Part shown: positions 40,889 to 50,799 of the stretch, one piece after another
Numbering within the stretch: position 1 is the stretch's first letter
Layout: each line of letters starts with the position of its first letter
Assembly (NCBI GenBank): GCA_019704295.1
Contig: AP024596.1
Coordinates: 288,001 to 352,000, forward strand
Direction: 5' to 3'
DNA from: Sulfolobales archaeon HS-7
GTDB lineage: Archaea > Thermoproteota > Thermoprotei_A > Sulfolobales > Sulfolobaceae
Length of the DNA: 64,000 nt
The notes under the pieces: generated by a model
The model's database searches: none
Told to the model about the DNA's origin: nothing
Seen by the model: the letters and a program-made list of their open reading frames with translations, nothing else
Made by a program: the position numbers and the translations under genes

Positions 40889-43800
40889 TTAAAAACTCTC
40901 ACTGGTAACGTGATTTGACTGTAGGTATTTCAGGAGATCCGTGTAGGGAATTTCCACCTTCCTCTGAGTTTTCATGTATTTTTGCTGATATAGGAACTCC
41001 CTGAGGGATGCAGCCGGGTTCTTGACCTCCCAGACTTTCTTGCTCGCCAGATCTGCTATGTATAAATAAAAGTGCTCCCTCATATCCCCCCCATAGCCGT
41101 GGAGTTTTGCCTTAGTAAACCTACCCCTATAAGTCCTATTATTGGGGTCCATCGCCATTAACTCAACGGGGGTTATATTGATCTTGCTCCAATTTCCTTG
41201 GACAGTCTTGACCTCAATGTATTTGACCTCGTCATTACATATACTTAAAAAGTCAAACCCTGCAGTGAAAACATCCCTCATGTCAATTACGTCACATCCC
41301 TTATTTTGCTCTAACCTATTCACGATCTCCTCTCCCTCTGAACCCTGATTTAAGAACTCCTTCATGGAGTTCACGTCCGCGTTTCCAGTTATGTCTGAGA
41401 ACCCTTCGGGTAACAGTCTAATCCCTGCTATGAGTTTTGAATCTGTATATATTTGGGCATAGTTGAAGAGGTCTGCTACGGTGCTTTTTCTACTAAATAG
41501 TTCATCTAAATTATCTGTCATTGAAGATCGTCTCTTTTCAATGTTAGCGATTTCCTGATCAATCACGTCAGTTACTTCCTGAAATATCTGATTCTTTCTA
41601 TATTCAATTTCTGTCTTAATCTGTTCCTCAACTTCCCTTATCTTTTTCTTAACTTCAGGTTCATCAGCTATAACTAGAAATTCCGATCCACACTCATCTA
41701 TGACAGCAGTAAGGGAATTGATGAATGAAGTCTCTACTCTCTTCACCTTTTTATTGACCTCATCGTATAATATTGCTATAAGCTTCTCCTTCTCAAGCTT
41801 CTTCTTGTAGAACATCCCTTCCGTGACTCTTCCGTTTACGGGAACCTCATCAGATTCACCCTTTACTTCAAAAAGTAGAAGCCAACCCATGAAACGCTTA
41901 TTTTCGGCAGTAAATGAAATAGGGTATGAAGATGGCTTCAAAAGGTCTATAAGAGCTCTAACCAGAGGATGAGTCGGGTATATATAGTTGCACTCCTTTA
42001 CCCTTTTACATTCATCAAAGCGAAAAGAAGCATTACTTACAATTAGATTTTCAGCATCTTTCACGCCTTTAGGAGGCCTTATGTCGTAAAGGAGTGGGTT
42101 TATCCTACTCCGAATTGGGGGGACTCCATAAGCTTTCAAGGTTTCTGTTACAAACATTTCCACTTCCTCCTCCGTCACTTCTTCCTTTTCATCGCATGAA
42201 GGGTCCAAATTACTAAAACTGTAAGACAAGTTATATTCGTTCCATTCCTTAGCTGTTCTTTCGGCTTTTCTTAACAGCGAGTCGATCTTTTTCTCTATCT
42301 CTTGATTCCTAAAGGTTTCGTCTGGGTTTTTTACAGTTGTTTCCCTTATAACCTTCTCTATGTCTTTGTCCGAAACTGCCACTCCAAGGTAATCGTAGAC
42401 TTTTCCTAATGTGTCCTTAATGATATCCAATTTGTTCATGAGTATTTCGAGAACATGAGAGTCTATGGTCTCCTCTGTGTAAACGTTATACGTCAACACC
42501 TTTTTCTTCTGTCCGTATCTGTGAACCCTTCCTATCCTCTGGTCAAGTCTGGTCGGATTCCAGGGAAGATCATAGTTTATTACTACGTTGGCCACTTGCA
42601 AATTCAGCCCTTCGGAGGCGACGTTAGTCGCAATTAAGACGTCCTTTCCCTCAATGAAATCTGTTTCAGCTCTCTTTCTCTCCTCAACTCCCATCTTTCC
42701 GTGTACGATGGACACTCTAAACTTGTCTTTCCATCTCTCATTCAGGTAAAATAGTGTGTCTCTAAACTCCGTAAAAACTATGACCTTATCTCCACGACTT
42801 ACGTGTTCCTCTATTACCTTTTCAACCTTTTCAAGCTTGGAGTCCTTGGCAATTCTACCTCCTTCGTCGATCAAGTCATCTAACCTGGATATCTCACGTG
42901 ACAGTTCTTCCTTGTTTCTACTCAAAGTGACTTCCTGGACTATACGTCTTTCGTCTATCCCTTTTTGGTGTTGATCGGAAGGATTTTGACCTTTATTAAC
43001 TATTTCTCCTAGCTTATTCCTTCTCTTCTTCAGGGTCTGCAAAAGGGAATTGAGGGAGGAGGAGGCCCTTTTTTGAATTACCATTGCTACTAAAGCATAA
43101 GCCTTAGACTTTCGTCTGTCGCTCTCTCTCATCGAGGCCATGTAGTAATCTCTTATATATTCATTAACTTTATCGAAGAAGTTCCTCTCTTGATCACTTA
43201 GAGTAACCTTTATGATCTTAGATTCTCTATCCGGTATAAGCCTATTATCATTGAAGTCTCTTACCTCTTCCCTCAACCTCCTGATCATAATTTCGTTTAA
43301 CACCACGTTTACGTTTGACTCAGTAACAAATGGATCGATCAATCGCAACCTATGAATGAAATCCTTGGTCTTTCCATGATGAGGGGTGGCGGTAAGTAGT
43401 ACTATGTTAAGAAATGGATCGCTAAGCAAAAGTCTTTCCGCCCCAGCGTACCTCTTTGTTCTACTGATTTTTTCCCTCTCTTCCCGTACTGTGAGATTAT
43501 GCGCCTCGTCTATTATTATCAGATCCCATTTCCCTTTCAACAAGGACTCTACTGCTTTTTTCTTGCCCAAGAGCCCCATGGAAAGGATAAAGTTTCCTGG
43601 ATGTTGATTAGGCGATAAGTCAGATGCCTCTTTAGTGCTTGATATTATTTTAAAGTCCAGATTAAACTTCTCCTTCATCTCTCTTTGCCACTGGAATAGA
43701 AGGGATTTTGGACAGATTACAAGGACGTTATTGGCTCTCTCCCTACTCTTTAGTTCTTTTATTAACATACCCATCATGATAGTCTTTCCAAGTCCGACAT

Positions 43801-43984
43801 CATCGGCAACTAGAAATCTTATAGGGTCGTGTCTGAGCATGTTTTGAACGGCGATCAACTGATGCGGAAGAGGATCGACCTTAGAAGGAACTGAAGTAGT
43901 GCAAGCCTCTTCGAAGGCAAAATGATGCAATCTTATTGCCTCAACTCTAAGGTAATTCAGAAGGGCCTCGCTTTCCCTATTCAT
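40889..43984 (-). CDS. SNF2-family helicase fused to a C-terminal PD-(D/E)XK (DUF3883-like) nuclease
   Basis: ADDVGLGKT, DEAH, TATPH, SEGLNLQ and QRIGRVHR motifs; C-terminal GFDFLS...YIEVKT. Confidence 0.92.
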   Translation of the reverse strand: MNRESEALLNYLRVEAIRLHHFAFEEACTTSVPSKVDPLPHQLIAVQNMLRHDPIRFLVADDVGLGKTIMMGMLIKELKSRERANNVLVICPKSLLFQWQREMKEKFNLDFKIISSTKEASDLSPNQHPGNFILSMGLLGKKKAVESLLKGKWDLIIIDEAHNLTVREEREKISRTKRYAGAERLLLSDPFLNIVLLTATPHHGKTKDFIHRLRLIDPFVTESNVNVVLNEIMIRRLREEVRDFNDNRLIPDRESKIIKVTLSDQERNFFDKVNEYIRDYYMASMRESDRRKSKAYALVAMVIQKRASSSLNSLLQTLKKRRNKLGEIVNKGQNPSDQHQKGIDERRIVQEVTLSRNKEELSREISRLDDLIDEGGRIAKDSKLEKVEKVIEEHVSRGDKVIVFTEFRDTLFYLNERWKDKFRVSIVHGKMGVEERKRAETDFIEGKDVLIATNVASEGLNLQVANVVINYDLPWNPTRLDQRIGRVHRYGQKKKVLTYNVYTEETIDSHVLEILMNKLDIIKDTLGKVYDYLGVAVSDKDIEKVIRETTVKNPDETFRNQEIEKKIDSLLRKAERTAKEWNEYNLSYSFSNLDPSCDEKEEVTEEEVEMFVTETLKAYGVPPIRSRINPLLYDIRPPKGVKDAENLIVSNASFRFDECKRVKECNYIYPTHPLVRALIDLLKPSSYPISFTAENKRFMGWLLLFEVKGESDEVPVNGRVTEGMFYKKKLEKEKLIAILYDEVNKKVKRVETSFINSLTAVIDECGSEFLVIADEPEVKKKIREVEEQIKTEIEYRKNQIFQEVTDVIDQEIANIEKRRSSMTDNLDELFSRKSTVADLFNYAQIYTDSKLIAGIRLLPEGFSDITGNADVNSMKEFLNQGSEGEEIVNRLEQNKGCDVIDMRDVFTAGFDFLSICNDEVKYIEVKTVQGNWSKINITPVELMAMDPNNRTYRGRFTKAKLHGYGGDMREHFYLYIADLASKKVWEVKNPAASLREFLYQQKYMKTQRKVEIPYTDLLKYLQSNHVTSESF

Positions 43985-44289
43985 AACAAGAGATTCATTT
44001 GAGGATTTTTATGGTTTTCTTACAGTTTTATTTCAGCTTTAAATACGAACAAAAGATCACAGATATCTGAAAAAGCTTTCCCTATTGTTAGGGAAAAATG
44101 GGAAGATTTACGTTAGTGACGAAGCGGAATCCGTGTAATTCTGCTAACAGGGGAATTGGAATAACGTAATTCGGATTTTTTGTATATTCATGAACATATT
44201 TCACGTAAACCTTACAATAGTAAATAAAATACGAAGCTTTCAGAATTAAAAAAGACAAGGTTATATTAATGAAAGTAAAAAGTTGATCG

Positions 44290-44896
44290 TGCAGACCACC
44301 AATTTCTCTACTTGTAAGTCTCTTTTTTTACGCCTCTTACAGACGTAGCACACAAGGTAAAGCGGTTTTGAAAGTGATGAAAGGTGACAAGTTAGGAGAT
44401 ATGAGCAGGCAAATGAGGGTCGAGTCATTATCTAGAATAAGGTATCCTTATCGATGAGGAGTCCTATCTCAGGGGAGCTGATGCGCTTTCTCTATGACAT
44501 TATGAGAGCTGGAAAAGTCCTCCCACAGAAACGAAGGTTGTGTCTGACAAGGTAATTATACTAGATAGTGAAAGGGTAATCGCAGGGACTTTTATCGAGA
44601 TTTTCCTTTCCTCGGACTTAAGGACGGCAAACTCCGCTTACTTTATCGCCAACTCCTGAGGATAGGTCCTGACATTAGGGGTCGCTCTTTCCTTGTCATG
44701 ATATACCTATACGGAGTAAGGTAATCAACGACCCTGCAAGGAGATTAGGGGAGCCGCCTGCTCAGGTTGCCATTAACTGTGCATTCAGTGAGAGTTCCCC
44801 CATACCTAAGGCGTCTAAGGAAGTCACTTCATAGATAACGCGTTAAGCGTGGATCGTGAACTTTCGCGTCACGACGTAAGGTTACCGAATCATTAT
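44290..44896 (+). pseudogene. Decayed copy of the aldo/keto reductase gene (33465-34277)
   Basis: 44709-44896 aligns with 34086-34278, e.g. GCAAGGAGATTAGGGGAGCCGCCTGCTCAGGT vs GCAAAGAGATTAGGGAAGACGCCAGCTCAGGT and CCCATACCTAAGGCGTCTAAGG vs CCCATACCCAGAGCGTCTAGGG; similarity upstream of 44709 is weak, so the left boundary is uncertain. Confidence 0.75.
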
Positions 44897-44960
44897 CGTG
44901 TTTCGTTAAACCGATTGTTACTAATATTTAATAGTTATCGGGACGAGTTGAATCTGTGTT

Positions 44961-45755
44961 ATGGAAACTGAGAACGTAATAAGAGATCTTGCACAAAGGT
45001 TCGTGAAGGAGGATCCGGCGAGGGCTATTGCAGAGGCAACGAGGACGAGGTATCTCTTTCTCGATTTTTTGGACTCGCTCAGAGGGAGGATCAAAGAACT
45101 TGATAAGTTAAGGTTTGAGATTCTCCTGGACGCTATAAAAGACGACGTAGAGTATCAGGACGTACTTGCTGAGGCGATCTCGTGGGAAATTAACCGAGTT
45201 GACGACAAAGACGCGTTAAATATTATAAACATAATTTCGCCTCTTCCATATCTTTTTCGAAGAGTTTGGTGTAATCTGGGAGAAAACTACTTTTCTAGAA
45301 GGGTCTACCTCATGGCACTAAAAATGAGTGCTTCACGATATCTGGGCTGGGGAGCAGGTAAGGGGTTCGTGAATTACGACAACGACGGTCTCCTGAAAAC
45401 TGTAGAAGTGGATAACGAATTTGCTGTAGGATTTGGGATTGGGACGGGTTTAAGTGTAGAGCTCCTGACCGATGAGAAATTAAGGAAAATACTCCAAATA
45501 AGAAATGAGACTTTGCATGTGACCTTCGCCTCGACTATAGTGTTGAGGGCTAACCACATCCCCTTTTCAACACTTATGAGTCTCATCTCACTTTCCAATT
45601 CGTACGAGAACTTCGGCAGAAGCTTTGGACTCCTCCTTTCTTTATACTACCCTCATCTTAAAAAGGACATAAAGGAAAAACTAGACATGTACTGCAGATT
45701 CAATAGTGGAAATCCCTTTTTGGAGGGATTTACTGACGTCCTGTTGAAGGATTAG
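44961..45755 (+). CDS. Hypothetical protein, probably helical repeat
   Basis: 264 aa with recurring F/L-x-x-G-F-G-like segments (LGWGAG, FAVGFG, FGRSFG, FLEGF). Confidence 0.7.
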   Translation: METENVIRDLAQRFVKEDPARAIAEATRTRYLFLDFLDSLRGRIKELDKLRFEILLDAIKDDVEYQDVLAEAISWEINRVDDKDALNIINIISPLPYLFRRVWCNLGENYFSRRVYLMALKMSASRYLGWGAGKGFVNYDNDGLLKTVEVDNEFAVGFGIGTGLSVELLTDEKLRKILQIRNETLHVTFASTIVLRANHIPFSTLMSLISLSNSYENFGRSFGLLLSLYYPHLKKDIKEKLDMYCRFNSGNPFLEGFTDVLLKD

Positions 45756-47577
45756 CGGCCCTCTTTATTTCCTCCACAGAATCCGGATTCTCTAGAGAAG
45801 TGGAATCCCCTATTTCCTGACCCAAGTATATCCTTTTTATTAACCTCCTGAGGATCTTGGCATTTCTCGTCTTTGGAAGGGATCTCACGAAAATAACCTC
45901 CTTAGGGGCTAAGGGCTTTCCTATCTTGTCCTCCACGTATTTCCTGATCTCCTCCGGAGTGGAATTCCCCTTACTTACGACGAAGCAGATCGGTACCTCC
46001 CCTTTTACTGGATCTGGAACTCCTATACACGCAGATTCCACCACGTCCACATGGGTATTAACTATTGCCTCTATTTCCCCAGGTCCCAGCCTCTTCCCTG
46101 CCACCTTTATTACGTCGTCGCTCCTACCCGTTATGTAATAGAACTTACCGTCAAATATCGCCATATCTCCGTGGATCCATACGTCTCCCCTCCAATAAGT
46201 TTCAATGTATTTTTGGGGATTTCTCCAAAATCCGCGAGTCATCCCCGGCCAGGGTGCAAGTACGGACAGATAACCTTCCGAACCCCTAACAGGTCTTAAC
46301 TCCTCGTCTAGGACATCGACTTTCATTCCGGGAGAAGGGCCGTTAAATGACGCAGGGGCAATGTCCTTTACTACGTAACACCCCAAGATTCCTCCGGAAA
46401 TTTCCGTACCACCTGAGTAATTTATAAGGGGAGTATTGAGGTTATCCACTATATATCTCCAGGATGACTCGTCAAGTGGTTCCCCTGTTGAACCGACTAT
46501 CCTAGGAGGATTTTGCATACGAGGCTTACCTAAGGACTTCTGCATTCTAATAAGCGTTGGAGATAGACCCAATACTGATACCTTGTGGTAATCCACTACC
46601 TCCCAGAGATCTTTAGGAGTCCCGTCGAATAGGAAAATGGAGGAACCTAGGGTAATAGCGTTGAATATAACCCAAGGCCCCATCATCCATCCGAAATCCG
46701 ACATCCATGTTATCACATCACTTTCCTTTATGTCAAAGTGGAAATACCCATCTGCAGCTGCCTTAATGGGAAATCCCGCATGTACATGTACAGTCCCCTT
46801 TGGTTTTCCCGTCGTTCCTGATGTATATATTACCATAAGTACGTCCTCGGCACTGGTTTCCTCTATGTAATCTCCTCCCGTTTTGTAAACTTCAGAAAGC
46901 TGAGGATTTTCCTTATCTAGTCCTAACCTATCGTGAACTATAATCTTACCCGAAAAAGCCTCCCTTGCGTTATCTATCATTCTTATGATTTTCCCCTTTC
47001 TGATATTTCCGTCTGTGGAAAAGAGAAACTTGGCACCTACATCGTCAAGTCTTACCCTCATTAGCTCAGGTCCGAATCCCGAAAAAAGAGGTACTATAAC
47101 GCCCCCCGCCCTAGCTATACCGAAAACTACGGGGAGCAGATCCTTTGAGTAACTCATGTAAACGCCTACCCTATCTCCCTTCTCCAGCCCGTTCCTTTTC
47201 AACCAAGAAGCCACGGATTTAGCCTTACTCGCCATCTCGGAATAGGATATGGAACCCTTATTTCCCTCTTCGTCCTCCCAGCGCACGTACCCATTAGTGT
47301 CAGGAATGTTTCCGAGGTTGAACTTCCCCCCTATGAACCATTTAGCCCACTGTATCCCCTGTGAAGTATCTAGCACCTTTGAAAAGGGAGAAAACCAAGG
47401 GATCTTAATGCTTTTCGCGAACTCGCCCCAAAAAGCCTCTGTCAGTGAATAGGACAAAAAATCGTCTAGTGATTTGAGGTCGTGAGATTCCATAAAACGC
47501 TTTAGATTTGATTTTCTTACAACTTCCTCATCAGGCGTCCACATCAGGCCTTTCCCACTACAAGAGGCCATTCCCAC
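45730..47577 (-). CDS. AMP-forming acyl-CoA synthetase (acetate-CoA ligase-like)
   Basis: YTSGTTGKPKG, STGEP, SGGTE, HGD, GRSDDVIKVAGKR and PKTRNAKI motifs; true start probably MWTP near 47544. Confidence 0.92.
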   Translation of the reverse strand: MGMASCSGKGLMWTPDEEVVRKSNLKRFMESHDLKSLDDFLSYSLTEAFWGEFAKSIKIPWFSPFSKVLDTSQGIQWAKWFIGGKFNLGNIPDTNGYVRWEDEEGNKGSISYSEMASKAKSVASWLKRNGLEKGDRVGVYMSYSKDLLPVVFGIARAGGVIVPLFSGFGPELMRVRLDDVGAKFLFSTDGNIRKGKIIRMIDNAREAFSGKIIVHDRLGLDKENPQLSEVYKTGGDYIEETSAEDVLMVIYTSGTTGKPKGTVHVHAGFPIKAAADGYFHFDIKESDVITWMSDFGWMMGPWVIFNAITLGSSIFLFDGTPKDLWEVVDYHKVSVLGLSPTLIRMQKSLGKPRMQNPPRIVGSTGEPLDESSWRYIVDNLNTPLINYSGGTEISGGILGCYVVKDIAPASFNGPSPGMKVDVLDEELRPVRGSEGYLSVLAPWPGMTRGFWRNPQKYIETYWRGDVWIHGDMAIFDGKFYYITGRSDDVIKVAGKRLGPGEIEAIVNTHVDVVESACIGVPDPVKGEVPICFVVSKGNSTPEEIRKYVEDKIGKPLAPKEVIFVRSLPKTRNAKILRRLIKRIYLGQEIGDSTSLENPDSVEEIKRAANPSTGRQ

Positions 47578-47963
47578 TTAATTACCTTGACTTTATCACC
47601 CTCCTTGGCGTCTCCTTCAACTCGGACAATTATTCCTCCCTTCGCGTTGAGGAATCTAATTATTCCTACCTTTATCGGCTTTTCCAGTTTGTTTCCGTAA
47701 CTGTCCTCCCTCACCTCAGTCAACAGGTCTAGATAAGGTTCTGTAAGCTCTACGTAATTTCCTTCCGTCATATCCTCAGGACAATAGTCCCGGGGGGGTA
47801 CGTATACCTTACCGCTACTGCACTTAATCCCGTAGAACTTCCCCTCCTTAATTCCTTCAATGAACTTCTTCCCCGCATTCCCTTCATCATATTCATACGC
47901 CTCTACCTCCATATTACCTTTCCAGAAGATCAAGTCCTCTATTCTTCCCTTCTTACTCCACAC
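47544..47963 (-). CDS. DUF35 Zn-ribbon/OB-fold protein
   Basis: YEYDEGNAG..F, KCSSGKVYVPPRDYC. Confidence 0.85.
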   Translation of the reverse strand: MWSKKGRIEDLIFWKGNMEVEAYEYDEGNAGKKFIEGIKEGKFYGIKCSSGKVYVPPRDYCPEDMTEGNYVELTEPYLDLLTEVREDSYGNKLEKPIKVGIIRFLNAKGGIIVRVEGDAKEGDKVKVIKWEWPLVVGKA

Positions 47964-47966
47964 TTT

Positions 47967-48422
47967 TCACACCTCCTTAAAACATTGAATATCCTCTATG
48001 CTTCCTACTCTCTTCTCATTCCACACGGCTTTAACTTTTGCCCCAATGATAGACATGTCCCTAACTTTATCATACGTGGTACAGATCCTATGAAACATTC
48101 CCGGAAACACGTAGTCTCTCTCCGAACCGTACAACTTTATAGTGCCTGAGATGATGGGTTCCTCTAATCTATCCCTTGTCCAGGAAACAAAGGATGCAAT
48201 TGCCGTGTGTACTATCCCCTCGTCCTTTAATTCGACCCATCCGTCCGTTGGCTTAAAGCATTCCTCGCAGTACATCTTAGGTGGGACATAGACCTTTTTG
48301 CACTTATTACACACCGTACCCAAAATCTTCTTCTCCTTAAGGCCATTTAAAAAGACGCTTTGCGCTTGGCCTGCGGAGTAAGAGTATTTAGCCTTTGGAA
48401 CGTATCTTATCATGTATTTCAC
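47967..48422 (-). CDS. DUF35 Zn-ribbon/OB-fold protein
   Basis: YSYSAG, CNKC..YVPP..YCEEC, C-terminal GSIEDI..F. Confidence 0.88.
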   Translation of the reverse strand: MKYMIRYVPKAKYSYSAGQAQSVFLNGLKEKKILGTVCNKCKKVYVPPKMYCEECFKPTDGWVELKDEGIVHTAIASFVSWTRDRLEEPIISGTIKLYGSERDYVFPGMFHRICTTYDKVRDMSIIGAKVKAVWNEKRVGSIEDIQCFKEV

Positions 48423-49624
48423 CTCCTGAGAACCACAACAGTTGAGGCCTGCATGAGATCACCCCATGCCTGAGCTACTCCAGTGTAAACAGGTTTTTTC
48501 ACCTGCATCTTTCCAGCAGTTCCCTTGAGCTGCCAGTACAAACTAATTACCTTCATCAGCCCTGCGGCAGCAATTGGGTTTCCTACACCAAGTAAGCCTC
48601 CACCAGGAGAGCTCGGAAGGTCCCCATCTCTATTAAACACTCCCTCCTTTACCAACTGGGCAGCTTTGCCCTTTGGAGCTAATTGAAGAGCTTCCAGATG
48701 CATTAACTCCTTGTAATCGAATGGATCGTATGGTTCAGCCACGTCTATTTCCTTATTTGGTCTCTCAATTCCCGCCATTTTGTACGCCATCCTCCCCGCA
48801 ATCTCCAAATACCTGTTATAGGATAGATCTCTCCCAGTCCACTCAGTGTTGTCCAAAGTCCAGCCGACACCAGCCACCCACACAGGGGTGTCGGTATACC
48901 TCCTGGCAACGTCCTCCGACACCATAACTACAGCTGCCGCACCGTCACTCACCGGGGATACGTCAAGTCTATTTACGGGCCAAACTAGAACTTCGCTCTT
49001 TATCACGTCGTCTACTGTAATACGACCTCCGAGTTGGGCATAGGGATTATCTGCAGCATTTGCCTTATTCTTCACAGAAACTAAGGCAATGTCCTCCTTA
49101 GGAACTTTGTAAGCGTACATGTACCTATGCATTTCCATAGCGAAGATCCACAAAAGGTTCGGACCTATAGGTGTTTCCAATATGGGATCCCAGATGTATC
49201 TAAACACAGCCTGAGGATGAGGCCTTGCCTGACTCATCTTCTCCTCTGCTATTGCAAGAACCTTATCGCACATACCGCTTGCCACGTGGTAGTATCCTGA
49301 TATGGGCACCATAACTCCGGTTGCGCCTCCTATGAAGACTCTAGTCATTGGTTTATTCATCGCTGGGAAGAGGTACTCGCCCTTTTGATGTACACCATCA
49401 AACGCGTCCGGGGCACTTCCAATTACGACGCAATCTATGTCGTTATATCCTAGACCTGCTTCTTCCAGAGCCTTTATCGATGCTTCCTGTACCAATTCCT
49501 GCGGTGTCTTAAAGTGCCTTCTTGCAAACTTAGTCATTCCTGCTCCAATTATGGCTACTTTCCTCACTTTTCTCACCTCCACATGGATAAGACCATACCT
49601 GTATACGTTGGCACTCCTCTCCAA
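48419..49624 (-). CDS. Thiolase-fold protein lacking the catalytic Cys/His (Ltp3-like)
   Basis: FIGGATG in place of ExAC(A/T)SG, YDPF in place of HDCF, GNPIAAAG in place of GHP; start probably near VRKVAIIG. Confidence 0.85.
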   Translation of the reverse strand: MERSANVYRYGLIHVEVRKVRKVAIIGAGMTKFARRHFKTPQELVQEASIKALEEAGLGYNDIDCVVIGSAPDAFDGVHQKGEYLFPAMNKPMTRVFIGGATGVMVPISGYYHVASGMCDKVLAIAEEKMSQARPHPQAVFRYIWDPILETPIGPNLLWIFAMEMHRYMYAYKVPKEDIALVSVKNKANAADNPYAQLGGRITVDDVIKSEVLVWPVNRLDVSPVSDGAAAVVMVSEDVARRYTDTPVWVAGVGWTLDNTEWTGRDLSYNRYLEIAGRMAYKMAGIERPNKEIDVAEPYDPFDYKELMHLEALQLAPKGKAAQLVKEGVFNRDGDLPSSPGGGLLGVGNPIAAAGLMKVISLYWQLKGTAGKMQVKKPVYTGVAQAWGDLMQASTVVVLRR

Positions 49625-50658
49625 CTACCAACTACCGCTGAGGAGTACCCCTTCCTAAGGTATTCCCTAGCCTCAAGAGCCAGGGTGAGACCTGCTGCCT
49701 CCAAAGGAACGCCTTCCGATAGAAGACCTCCGAACACGTTAGTAGGAGCCGAACCTCCCTCTCCTAACTGACCCTCCCTTAATAGGGCCAAGGGATCTGC
49801 CTTGAAGACGCCTAAGTGCTCTAGTAGTTTAAATGAATACCTATCGTCCACGAAATAGCCGTCAAATTTCCTCTTAGAAATTTGAGAATATGCTCCTCTC
49901 AAATAGCCAGCTTCGCCCAGCTCAGCGTAACCGGGATAGTTAGTTTCAGTAAACGTAGATGCTTCCACCCAAATGGGATCGTCCGTTAAACTCCTTGCGA
50001 TATCCTCTGAGGCTAAAACGACTACAACTGCACCATCTACGAAGTCCGCAATGTCTGGTCTCCTTAAGGGTTCCGCTACTTTCTCGTGAGATAAAATATC
50101 GCTTACGTTAAGGTTAGCCGCATAAGAAGCCCTGGGATTTCCAAATCCGTTCCTTTTCTCAATGGACACGATTTCGGCCATGTCCTCCTCTGTCATTCCG
50201 GTTCTCCTCTGATAAGCCTTGGCCTCGAGTGCGGCTAAAAAGTGAAAGTTGGGTGGGGCCGCAGGTCTAAGGAAAATCGGATCCATGGCGAATTCAACAA
50301 TATCTCCTATTGTGAGTATGTCGCTAGCCTTTGAGTGAGCCTCAACTGCCGTCACCTTAGAGATTCCGGACTTTATGTGCATTATGCCGTGAAGAATACC
50401 CTGTACTCCGTCTCCCGTCACGGTAAAGGTAGGTCTAAGATATCCTCCAATCTGATCCGGTGCGAACTCATCCGCTATGCTAATACCCTCCCAGAAGTCC
50501 TCTTGGGAAGAAATGAAGGTATCTACATCCTTCCTAGGATCTAGGTTAGCCTCGGCATAAGCGCGCGAAGCCGCCTCGAAGACCATCTCCCTGAACGAGA
50601 CCTCAGGAGTAGAAGGGCGAAATCCATACCATCCCATTCCTACTATTGCTACCTTCAA
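49573..50658 (-). CDS. Degenerate thiolase-fold protein (Ltp4-like)
   Basis: VAIVGMG, SFREMVFEAA, DGAVVVVLAS and NVFGGLLSEG; no Cys in the protein and no GHP motif. Confidence 0.82.
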   Translation of the reverse strand: MKVAIVGMGWYGFRPSTPEVSFREMVFEAASRAYAEANLDPRKDVDTFISSQEDFWEGISIADEFAPDQIGGYLRPTFTVTGDGVQGILHGIMHIKSGISKVTAVEAHSKASDILTIGDIVEFAMDPIFLRPAAPPNFHFLAALEAKAYQRRTGMTEEDMAEIVSIEKRNGFGNPRASYAANLNVSDILSHEKVAEPLRRPDIADFVDGAVVVVLASEDIARSLTDDPIWVEASTFTETNYPGYAELGEAGYLRGAYSQISKRKFDGYFVDDRYSFKLLEHLGVFKADPLALLREGQLGEGGSAPTNVFGGLLSEGVPLEAAGLTLALEAREYLRKGYSSAVVGSWRGVPTYTGMVLSMWR

Positions 50659-50799
50659 AGAATCACCGGACTTGTGTAAACCTATAGTTAAAAAAAATTA
50701 ACGTTATTTACAGATCGAGATCAATCATCATAAATCTAAAATGGCAGTTTCTATTGAATATCTCACAAGTTTTATATTCTATTAAAACGAGCATGAATA

